64,000 nt of DNA from Takakia lepidozioides (Eukaryota; Plantae; Bryophyta), in contig CM060734.1 of NCBI GenBank assembly GCA_030704615.1, forward strand, positions 37,262,001-37,326,000. The letters run 5' to 3'. Of the stretch, positions 1-11,484 are shown in pieces. The notes beneath the pieces are model-generated. The model was not told where the DNA came from. It searched no databases and saw only the letters and a list, made by a program, of their open reading frames with translations. A program made the position numbers and the translations under genes. Position 1 is the stretch's first letter. Each line of letters begins with the position of its first letter.

Positions 1-3000
1 CATCTTCAGGTACATCTGAAGGTAGTGTGCATCATGTATTTACCTCTCAGGATATAGGAACTCTGGAAATTGGGGAAATGGAGCACTCTCCAGGAACTGG
101 CCTTGTCGAGAAATTTTCACCAAGGAAGGTTTCTGAAGACTTAGAAGATGCCTTCAGACCTGGTGAGTTTGAAAGGCTGAAGCAATTTGCGGAAGTGGGT
201 GAACCAAGACTACTGCGCTCACCAAGGAAGAACGACTCTGTGGACTTTGAAAATGCCTCTGAATTGGGGGAGTTTGAAGGGCTTGTCAGAAGAACTGAAG
301 GAGAGGCTGATCCCAGACTCCTGCGGCCACAACAGAAAGTCGGGTGTGCAGGATCCGGATGCATTCTGGATATGCTAAAGCTACCACACCGACAACCTGA
401 ATCTCATTCCCGTATATCACCGAGAGCAGGTTTTGGCTTTGATCCTGGTGGAGCCGATGGGCGTGATGCTGCCAGAAGTTTCAGAGAAGAGATCGCAAAG
501 CACGTGGATCCACGGCGTATGACGGAACGGAAAGAGATTCTGTCGTTGCCCAAATCAAGGGATGATCAAAATTCCAGAGATGAGCCGGCTGGGGAGAAAG
601 TTGCAGGCGAAAGAGCTTCTCCTCAAAATGTGGTTACAGATTCTTTAAGCCAGCTTATAAAGCGTGCTGAGGCATTTCGTGAGGCTTTGAAGGGTTCGAA
701 ATCTTCTCTCATAGGCTCAAACATTGTCGGATTCTCGTCAGCGGATGCTGAACATGGTAGTGCATTACATACCTCTGGCAAAGGGTCCCATAATGTTAAA
801 TTCTCGCCAAGAGGTGGTAGCGAACTTCAGCTCGACCGTGGTGACAGCATTGATAGGTTACTCGATGTTCTTCTTGTTGATGACAAATACAAGGGTCATG
901 GTAGGGGTGATGTTCAGGTAGACTCTATAAACCTGTCAATTGTCCACTGATTTTGGAAATCTGTAGACATATCAGTCAGTTGCAAGGAATTGAAGTCAAG
1001 AATTTTTTATGCTCCTTGTTTCTGCACAAGATTGAGGTGCAAGTTAGACTAAACATATTTTTCTTGTATGGAAGATTTCCACCCCCTATTGACATTTATA
1101 GTTTATGGTTCTCAGCAGGTCTTAATCTCATCATTGCTTCATATTCATACTGAAAACATAGCAGTTTTTTATACCAATTTCAGACAGGAAAAATATATTC
1201 AGAGGCAGTCAACGGGGGTGCAACTATTTGTTCGTGTCTGCAGGAAGATATAGAGGAGTCTGAATATATTGACGAGGGAGAGGTGAGGGCAAGTGATGTT
1301 GCCGAAGCAGCTCTTTTGCAAGCACTTTTCTTCCCTGATCAGAATGGAGACACTGTACACCCAAATCTGGAGCCTACCGTCTGCAGTGGCAACATTTCAG
1401 ATGCATTTGTACATGATGAGTTTGGAACCAGAGAATTGTGTGGGTCTATTCACAGCCCCAGAACTAGAGGGTTCGAAAGTGGTGAAATGCACCGGTCTAT
1501 CCAAAGCCCAAGACTAAGCGAGTCTGAGCCAGAAGATGGCTTGTGCTTGAGAGTAACCGTGGGGAAACTTGTTCTTTGTGGACCAGCTGTCAGGGACCTG
1601 GCTGATGTGATGCCCAATGATTTGTCACGGAAGTTGAACTTGCGCCCAGCATGTAAATGTTTGCTGACGGTCTCCTTCCCAGCCATTGTTCAACCATCCC
1701 CAGAGCAGCGGATTTCTGTCTCCCCTGTGAAGTTGGCTACTCGTGAGGCTCTCTTTGACCATCAGTCCCAGCTGTGCTGGAAGTTACCCTCCAGGCAATG
1801 CCTAAAAGCCTGGAGGTCCCAGGCCATGAGGGTGACTTTGGCCCTGAATTGGCACCCAAATGAGGCCCTAGAGTGTGCTGGCAGCATTCTATTGGACAAT
1901 GTGCTTAACTCAATGCCAGATGCTTATCGAACTAGCTTAGCACTCAGTATAGGGACCGAACCACATGGAAGTGAATACTCTTCAACCAGATGTAGTAGTC
2001 CGTTCAGGAGGAGATTGAGACTTTGTGAAAAGAAATGGTTAGAGGGCCTGCATCCGGCCTTCAGTCCTGGAAGGCTTGACAAAGGGGATGGCAAGTTGGG
2101 CCAGAAGACAGGTCCCAAGGATCCATTGGCCAGAATTGAGATTGAGTTGCAACTACTCTATGCTAAATCAACTTTGCTCAAACAGAAGGACAACAGGGTG
2201 ATTCCTCTCCTACCCAATCCTCTCAGTTACATGTACATATGTATAAAGTCCACTAGTTTTTAATGTTAAGATGTGATAAAGAGCTCACGGGCTGTCCCTC
2301 AAACCTAAGGCGCAATGGAATGCAATAAGGGCTTTGCGTCGATTCGTGTGATAGGCACTGTTTTATAAAAAAAAATTACGAGTATACTAGTTTTTGTTGC
2401 AGTGATGCTAATTTCATCTTAGGACCTGAGTTGGCTCACCTGCATAGAACCCTGCTCCTTAGTGCAACAGTTGAGCTTTGAGCTATCCTTTGTTTTGTGT
2501 CATTCTACTGTCTGTTTGTCTGTGGTTTTCTGTTGCTTTACATGTTTTCTGTGGTTTTTCTTTCTTTCTTCATCAATTTTATCCACCTTGACATAAGATC
2601 ATTCACACAAGTGCTATGCTGCAGATTGCCTTCCATCAATCCTGCACAGAAGTCCCCTGGTTGAGAGAACTTTTTTGGCTAGCTAGTGTTTTGCCAATGG
2701 CTGCCGAAAGCAGGTCTGACACCTGGAGTTACCATGAGACATGGAATAGTTGGCATTTCTTTACAGAATGAAGATTCTAGAATTTCCAGTTTGAGTCCAT
2801 AAGGCAGTGTACATGCATGTGTCGATCGCTAACTTCTGTGGATCTTGTCTTTACCACAGCCATCACCAAGGAGAGATGAAAGTGTGAAGAGGATGAAGCC
2901 ATTACCATCCCGCCAGCTACGGTCCTTCCCTTCAGTTCACACTCCAATGGTGAGTAAAAGTCATCGCTTCATTGGTGATTTTCCAGCAGCATACATTCCT

Positions 3001-6000
3001 TGCTGAGCAACTGATGTAGATCTCTTCCTTCCAATAAATCCAGGACCCTGTGGCTATGATTGACACAATTTCAAACTCTTTACAACTATATTCAAACTAT
3101 AGATTCGGATGAACAATGGAGAATCGCACATGCAGCAACGTTCAACTGTATCGTTGGCCATTAGAAACAGTTCAAAAACCTGATAGTTTATACATGGAAG
3201 GACCTTCTGTTTTCACAACTCTGATGGTTATATTTCGATGGAACTGACCACACTTCCCCTGTTCTTTCTCTTTCCAGGACTTGTGGCTGTATGTCAATGT
3301 CCATGATGTTCACAGCTGCTTAACCAAGTCTGCAAAAGTTCCAAAGAAACGAGGCTTGCTTCTGGTGGTGAAGTCTGGTCCGCACTTCGTCTATAAAATT
3401 CCCTTTCCGTTTTTGGGATGGCATCGATCCCACATCTATGGCAAAGGTCGCTCGGATGCAGTGGTGCGAGCCCCTTTGGAACTAGAACGTGCAGTACTGT
3501 TCATAGAGGTGGGTTCATTTGTGTGGTTCCCGATTCAGTGAGAAGCTTACACAAATAGCTCATGTGCCATGTCAATTGTGAACTAAATATCAACCAAACT
3601 TAAGCACCACTCCAGGTCTTTGTGAATTTTCCGTGGTAGTGTTCATCGCTGGACAACTTGGCCTTCGTGAGGGGTGGTAGCCGTTCTCTCGTGGAACAGG
3701 AGGCGTTGACTCTTAGACAGTCCCAACAGTGGCTATTGGGCTGCTTGTGGCCCCTCTCTCTTTCTTGTTTGTGGCTTCCTCGTGTCCCATAAGCTCTTGG
3801 AGGTTTCCACGGACGTTATAAAGTACCATTTCATTTCTCTCTATCTTTCTTCTTTCTTTCTTTTCACGACGTTATAAAGTACCATTTGTCCGGCTTCCAT
3901 AGACTATCTAACTTTCCTCAGGCTTGATAGGTGTGGCGTACTTCAGGAGGTGAGGAAGACAAACCAAAAGAAGGACATGAAGACCTAGTGGGGTTGGTGA
4001 AGGTTCCCTTAAATGTGGCCAACATTCCAGTAACCCATGAAGCTTGCAGTCAAAGTTGGGGTAAATTGGGAGAGGTTGCAGCAAAGGGTCAGTTTTCAGT
4101 ACTGGACCCGTTTAAGAATACTGTTTGTGGGAAGGTGGAGCTTATGGTGATTCTGGGCATGGAATACCGTATGCAAAGATTGCAGAGGGAAAATAGGGCA
4201 GCTATGGTAATCCAATGGCATGTGAGAGAGTTTTTGAAATGGGGACGAGTTTCAGGGTCATATGGAACGAGTAGTCATATCCAACACCTGTGGACTGCGG
4301 GTAAGGGAAAGGGAGAAGAGAAGGTGCACAAGTGGTCTTTGGTAAGACACTGAACTTCTGTCACGGCCTCTTGGATTGTTGGATGGTCTGTTGTCAGATT
4401 CACTGCACAAGGTTGGAGGCAGAGGCAGGAATACAGTCCGACAGGCACAGAGGGTTGCTGGGGTGGGAGCAAAAAGCCGAGAAGCTAATTTTGTAATCCG
4501 AAAGGCTGGAGAATTTTCCTGACAGAATTAGTTTGACTGAATGTAGTAGAATGAGAGAGCCGCTGCTATATTGCAATGGATCATTGATGGACATCAATGT
4601 TCATTGGATGTTGATTAGACTCTGACAGGAGCGTTGTGTTGAATGAAGTGATCTTGGGGAATTAGCAGGCTGGCATGACAGGCCATGTTTTTGAGGTCTC
4701 CGTACTGCATGCACTGGGCCTTCCAGCACTGGACACCTACGCCTCTACTTGTGGTACCCTCTCTGTGTCCTTCCCTTCCTAGTGCCCTCTGCCCATTGTC
4801 TTTCTCTCAAAAAGCACTTCAGATGTACAAGGGTCTCTTTGGAAAAGTTGGAAAGCTCACAGTTTCTGCTGTCTGATCTTATTTTGGGAACAGAGGGGGC
4901 CTTCATCAAGTATCTCTTTCCAGGGGAGGATGAGCCTCTATTTACACAGGTAAGAATCATTGTTTCTTAGCATAGACTCTAGCCATAACTGAATATTTTA
5001 TTTGCTGGAATCCAGTGTTTTTGGCCGGCAGGCAGTCTTCCAAAAGGAGAAAGCAAGAAAGAAACTTTATAGCATGCATTTGAAGCTGAAAGAGGTTATG
5101 GGACAAGAAAGCAGCATTCAAGAAAAAAAAGTTGGATCCCCCCAACAAGCAGCCCAAAACTACCATTCAACTTGGAGAGATTCTCTAAGGTGGAGAAAGG
5201 AAGAATTTCATATGTCCAAAGGGCACCGTGGGTTATAGTAGAACTACAAGAGCCACTGCCCCGGGATGTAGATGTGTACAAGAGAAAATCGAAAAGAATT
5301 TTTCAAAGACCCGAAATGTCACCTGGAGACGTAGTGGATGCAGATAAGCATGTACCATCTCCGAAGCTGAAGGCCTCTGCCAAAGATGGGGATCTCTAAA
5401 AAGACAAGCACTATCTGCTCCTGATCTGATGATTTGTAGGGCCGGAGAAAAAGCAATGCTATTTTGTCCTCACTTCGTGGGGGGGTACACCCCCAGACCA
5501 CTCATTCCCTTCTTCAGCTCCAAGTGTATCCAGACATAGTCAGACTCAAACCAATTCTCGATTCATGACAATCGAAGAAACTCAAAACAATTTGCCAGTT
5601 ACAGCTTGTGAGTTGTAGGCCCTTTCAAGTGAAAAATGTGACAAGCAGCTCCTTCTTGATTGAGTTACACCTTGAATCAACTCAATCTGATCGTCAAAAA
5701 ATCTACCACATATCTGCACAACCTCAAATAGAGCATAGAAGTTGCAGATCAGCTTAAGCACAGATCAACTTGACATCAGCATTCGTAGTGGACATACAAC
5801 ATATGTTTATATGATTACGTTACTTAAAACTTCGATGTTGGATAAACAGCCAAGTGTCTGGGTCTATTATGTGTTCACCTGGAAAAGAAACAAAAAGATA
5901 TGGAGACTGACAGGAAGTCAATAGAGAGGCAGTATGGCCAAGGCGGAGCAAGGGCGGGAAAGGGCACAGAGATGGGCATAGATGATTTTGTAGTTCTTTT

Positions 6001-9000
6001 GTTGGGTACAGTAATGCTGCTCTGAATTTAAGAGACAACATTGCATATTCTTCTTTTACAAGCCAAGGTGTTGCCCATGCAGGAGATGGAGTGGGGCCCC
6101 ACTATTTATTTTGGTGCCTCTGTTCATCATAAAATCTCATTGCCTGTCGGGAAATACCTAGGTGACCATCTTGAGGTGATTGCAGCAGAGGACGATGCAA
6201 ACCTCATCTTTGAGCTTTGGGCTTCCTTTTCTGGTGCATCAAATAGTGAAACAGGATCATATCAATCCTCGCCAACATTCTCTCCCAAAAAAAGAGAAAG
6301 GGATTGGCTGGTCAAAGATCAAAAGAATCTGGAGCCGGGTAGCAAGAGGCAAGAGAGGTACGTGGGGACAGCAGTCTTGCTGCATCGAAGTCTGCTAGAC
6401 TTGCTGTATGAGAGAGACTGCATCTGTTGGACCTCTGAGGTGCCTACTCTTCACTAAACCCTTGCCCTATGAATAAGTAACTTGAATTTTTGTGGGAACC
6501 TCCTACAGGCAGGGAATGTCAATGTACCCTAGCAGCTAGTGTTGAAATCAAAGAGGAAAAGGGTTGTGAGAGTTGAAGCACACTCTAATGATTCATATTT
6601 TCCATATGTTGCACTGTTGGATAGCTGGTGAAAATTGAAGCTCAGGCCATGTTCTGCCAATGTATGCCAACAGCTGAGAAAGACATTCAATCTGCCGATA
6701 ATAATGGTCAGAAAATGGCCAAAAGCATATATCAATGGCCCCGAACTGGTGGTACAAGTGGCATATGGCAGTTCAGAAGTTGGAACAGAGTGTTCACTTG
6801 ACAGCACTATCTTTGATGACCGGGAATGGCATAGTGAGGACATGCCTTTGCAAGCACAGCTGGAAGTCAAGATTATCCGAGCAACTGGATTACAGGTTTG
6901 GAATCTCCTTTCCAATTTTCCTCTGTCGCATAGGCCCTCGACACCTTAGTTGTTAAGTCTCTTATGCTCTTTGGTTTTTTCCAAGTTCCACCATGCAAGA
7001 GGTGGATTATTTATTCTTCTCCTCACAACCTACGCTTGAGCACCTCGTCTTTCAAGCGTCACTTGATGTATTCCAAAGTAGTCTGTGTTTTGTTTACCTG
7101 CCCCATAGTCGCTTTTTGGCCGTCTGTGGATGTGATAAAGTGTATTGCTTTACTTTCCTGTCATTGGTGTTATGAGATGGAGAGTTTACTTAGAGGCTGC
7201 TAATGAGGCATTTCCTGTAAAATACCAGAGATAATTGGCAGATTAACTTCACGACATGCTATGTTTTCATGTAGCAATTTAGGCCCATGGTTTCTCATGA
7301 ACTTTTTCCATGCCATGCGCTCGTCCCATAAACTCTCCTGGGCTCTTGGAGAGTCATGACATTGCTTTGTTTTTAACTCTCTCTCTCTCAAGTACACACC
7401 AAAGCGCACCCCTTGTTTTGATTGACAGGATGCAGCTGCAGCAGTCTCATCTTCACCACAGAGGATGGCTGGCCAACATGGCACATTTGACCCCTATATA
7501 TTCTTCTCTCTGTTCCCTAGAAATCGAGAGCTTCAAATCATCTACACGCCCCTTGTCATGCCTTTGAGGGTCCAGATTCTTCCCACTCTGTTGTTGCTCT
7601 TGAGTCTGAATGTTATGGAATATCAGATTGTCTTAGAACACTTCAGAGCTGATAAGCCATGTCAGGCTTTTGATAATGACATCAACCATGTCTCTAACAA
7701 GTGTAATATTAAGGATGTAGTTTAAATTGCATTCACACCAGAAGTGAAACTTTAAACCCTAATTTGTCTAATGGCAGTGTATGGATGTTCTGTGAAGTCA
7801 GGAAAGGGGCAGCAAGACGATAAAACTACAGATCAAGAGACTTGGCTTCTTAGTCTGAAGTTGAACATTTAAGCTCCTTTGAAGTTAGGCACGAACCTAC
7901 ATAAGAGGTGTTCAAGTCTATTGACAAACACATGACACGATTCACAACAACAGCCAATCCTCTACCAAAGTGCCATATACCACCTTCCTCCTAGTTAGTA
8001 TTGTCTGCCGTTTGAGTTGAGATAGCTCAACCAAACATAGAGACTACATGTTTGTTATTCAGAGGGAACGATATACCAAAATGTTGAAGTTAACTTGTTC
8101 TGGAAATTTGTATACAGCCACAGAAGATGTCCCTTTGTAATGGATGGAGCGACACAATGTTGTTGTCATTGGACTCGTTGGTGCTGACGGAACTGCAAAC
8201 TTCGCACATGACATTTGAAGTCTGGCAACACTCAGAGCGCACCACATGGTCTCCCAGTTCCAGTATTTCTTGGGAATCAACCACCACATCTCCTCCTGAC
8301 CTGTGGCTTGGCACGGTATCGGTACCATGCTCACCATTACTCTCGAAAAAAGAAGGTTGGTGATTTGTACCCTAGAAAATTTACATGCATTGAATCTTGT
8401 CATGGCCAGTGTGATCCATCAACCTTTATCTTTCTCCCAAAGGCTTAGACAAGGCACTGGATAGAGCTGAACATGGCCTTCATGCAGAGAAAGATGTATA
8501 TGCTTTTGCCCGGCATTGGCAGATCCGGGAAAATACTGGGACTGAAACTATAGTCTTACAAGCCATCATGTTCCATGATGGCTTTCAGTAAATTTCCATG
8601 TAATGTAGCCTCTCGGTCACTGATCAATTAGTCTTTGTCTTTTGCTTGTCCCATGGTGGCACCCATGTGCCACAAAGCCAAAGTGTGCAATTTATCAGTA
8701 ACCACATTAGGTATATATCATTTTCTATTTTGGTCCCTTGCCTCCTACCCTCCCTGTACTACCAAGTGTTAGGTTATTAAATTAGTTGCACTGAGAAAGT
8801 AGTAGGCATATGTGGACTTCTTCACAGGGAAAGATCAAAGCAGATCACCATGAATACAAGGACCCATAGTGCACTAAACAGCAAATATTTTTTCATACCC
8901 ATGCAGAAAGATTCTTCATACAAGCTAGGGATCATGAACTTTCCGTGTAGATTTTGAAACAGGTGTTGTGGTATCTAAGATACAGGCCCAACTACTCATC

Positions 9001-9583
9001 ACATTTGACTTAAAACGTTAGTCCAACGGGAGTGATCAACCACTCTTGGATATGTGTGGGATTATTGAGTTGATGAATCACTTCACCACAACCTGCCAGC
9101 TAAGTTAAAAAACAAATAGGTAAATCTGTGTCTGTGAATGCAGGGATCATTGGCTGCTACAGTTTGGTCTCAAGGAATGGTGAAGCTGTTGGATCTCTAG
9201 AAGTGTCTGTACACTTTTCCTGTTGGTATCCGTGCTCATCATCAGTAGCAGAGAGAAGAGAGCGTATCAGGTAGTGTATAGGATTTTATTATAACACTTT
9301 TGGATTATGCCTACAGACTGCGTAGGCCTACTTCCAAAGTTTACACTAACCATGACAATTTCAAGTCTATTCCCAAAGGATGTGGCTATGTGGACCAAAC
9401 GTGCAGGGTACAATGCTTCCTTTATGCACTCGATACTACGAAAAGGATGTAAATTGGATTGTTCCATTGTTTGATAGAAGGCCTGAATTGTCCAGGTCTT
9501 CCACTCTGCAGAAAGTGTTCAAAATTCTTCATAGGCAACAGGATTACCATGTCTGCATAGGGCACCTTAGCAAGGACAGTTGA
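1..9583 (+). CDS. C2CD3: C2CD3-like multi-C2-domain centriole/ciliogenesis protein, multi-exon; 5' end outside the window, 3' end uncertain
   Basis: Chain of + strand exon ORFs (27-950, 1283-2263, 3281-3541, 3931-4353, 4749-4970, 6041-6457, 6635-6949, ~7430-7570, 8127-8363, ~9143-9270) with GT-AG borders at those checked. C2-like segments LEVKIIRATGLQ|DAAAAV..DPYIFFSLFP, GAFIKYLFPG and TFEVWQH..LWLGTVSVPCSPLLSKKEG|IIGCYSL resemble C2CD3 as I recall it. Confidence 0.65.
3780..3890. repeat. Short dispersed repeat (cccataagctctt..ggacgttataaagtaccatttcatttc), copy in C2CD3 intron
   Basis: Same motif recurs at ~46440-46680 (twice) and inverted at ~55128-55215. Confidence 0.6.
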
Positions 9584-9609
9584 AGGGAGCCTTCCAAATA
9601 CCTCCCTAG

Positions 9610-11042
9610 CTGGACTCAGACTGTACTCGGATGCGGATCCCTTATTAAGAGCTGTGCAACCTCACTCGGAGTGAGGGTCGGCTGATGAATCATATACCAG
9701 TCTGCATCACATTCGAGCCGCCGCAAGAATATGTAGTACAGATGCTTGCGGGGGTGTACGGGCCTCGGGCATTCTTCATGGCCACAAAATCAACGCAAGT
9801 ACACTCCTGCATGTCTGAAATGGTGACATTGTAAACTGTGTCATGCTGAATAGAACCCTCTGTGGCAACAGCATACACGCGGCCATATCCTGGATGAGGT
9901 ACACCCTTAAAACTTCGCACCTCGGCCCGAAGCAATTGCGCTGTTCCAATACGGGTATAGTTCTTGGTGGTTGGCCTCTTCCGCTTGTACCGTTTTCCCC
10001 ACCTGGTGGTAGGAAACTTGTCACTGCAGGAGTCAAGGATGCGGGGTTGCGAGCAGAACTGCTCCGAGGAGCATTGAGGTTTGGAGCACTGGCTAGCTCC
10101 TCTCTCTGGATGAGGCGGAAACCTGCCTTGGTTAACTCGTCCACCTCTTCCTGGTTCAGATCCGTGCCCTCTTTCACTGGCCACACAACCGGTGGGTCGG
10201 GTCGGTCCTTCACAGAGGTCGGCGTGTTACTATGCACGCACTGGAAGATGTCGGAGGCACAGAACCAGATGACCTGAACCTTCGGTTTAACAAGTGCAGA
10301 AGTATGAAATCGACCAAGGAAACGGTGCTCGAGTATAACATCTACAACCTGGCCTCCGGATCTCCTTCTTGCAAGGGAGTTTTGTATCACGACGAATGGC
10401 CTGGCATTGACAGCGAGCAGTGGGTCCAGTTCGTGCAATGTGGAACACTCCCTCCGATGGAAGCTGCACCTCAACGACAACTTCATTCTGTTGGGGACAA
10501 GAAATGACATCTCCTGTACCCGTGCCGGTGCCCCTGGCCGCATTCTTGGTAATCTGCCGTCCGTCGTACGGAGGTTGAAATCAGATCGCCATGAGGCCAT
10601 CTCTGCCTCGGCTGCCAAATCAACCTCATTGTCGTTCAGGCACCGCTCACTTTCCTTGTCCTCTTCTCCCCTTTCAACCCATCCTGGCGATTGTGAAGTG
10701 GGGTACCCTGGACAAAATTTCTCGATGCCTCCGCCAGTTTGACTGGATCTTTGGAACGGTCTGCTGCTCGCAGAAACATTTCCGTCCGGGAAGGACCGGC
10801 ACCCCGTGTCCCCCACCGAGGAAACTCTTGTAAGCGCTATTCTGTAAGACCGCTTTGGTGATATCATCAACTGTCGCATGATACAAGTCAGAATAACCTT
10901 TCCTGGTTGTAATTTTCCAACTTGAGTGAACAGCCTCTGACATGTTTGTCGTTGTCATATCAACGTCCTCCCGGAGACTAATCCCCAGCGGACACACACT
11001 TGCGTTAAAATGAGGCAAAGGTCGAGAGACAGAGCACAGCAT
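9610..11042 (-). mobile_element. Degenerate MULE-like transposase C-terminal part with SWIM zinc finger (relic 1)
   Basis: Frameshifted ORFs 10674-11042 (TTNMSEAVHSSWK), 9776-10879 and 9690-10184 (GYGRVY..YNVTISDMQECTCVDF, then CKHLYYIF in the next frame). Confidence 0.6.
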
Positions 11043-11484
11043 CTAATACGATTTAGTATTAGATCTGTAGTTCGTCAAGGGCTCCATCCAAAGCCACACC
11101 ACAAGAAACAAACAAACATCTGCAAATTTAAGATGCTGAACAAACTTGTGCACTGGGCTGCCCCTCTAATCAAGCTCATCAAAATTCGTATTCACTTTCA
11201 TCTTCAGGCTTTGGAGAAGCTCCACCACCCAAACACAGCACTCTGATTTCCATCTACTGTCACCAAAGTCAGTCCAATATCACCCCTTCAGTCAAGTGCA
11301 ATTATGGGCTGACTTCCCACCTATGCCGGGTAGACCCCACTATCATTTCCCGTGGATATGCCACAGGAAATGCACTCAACAGTACATCATGGTCAATACT
11401 CTCAGGAAATGGTGGATGATCTGAGTAGCTACACAGATCACTGAATGAAGCAAGACACTCGCATCTTTCCAAGAAAACATCCTT

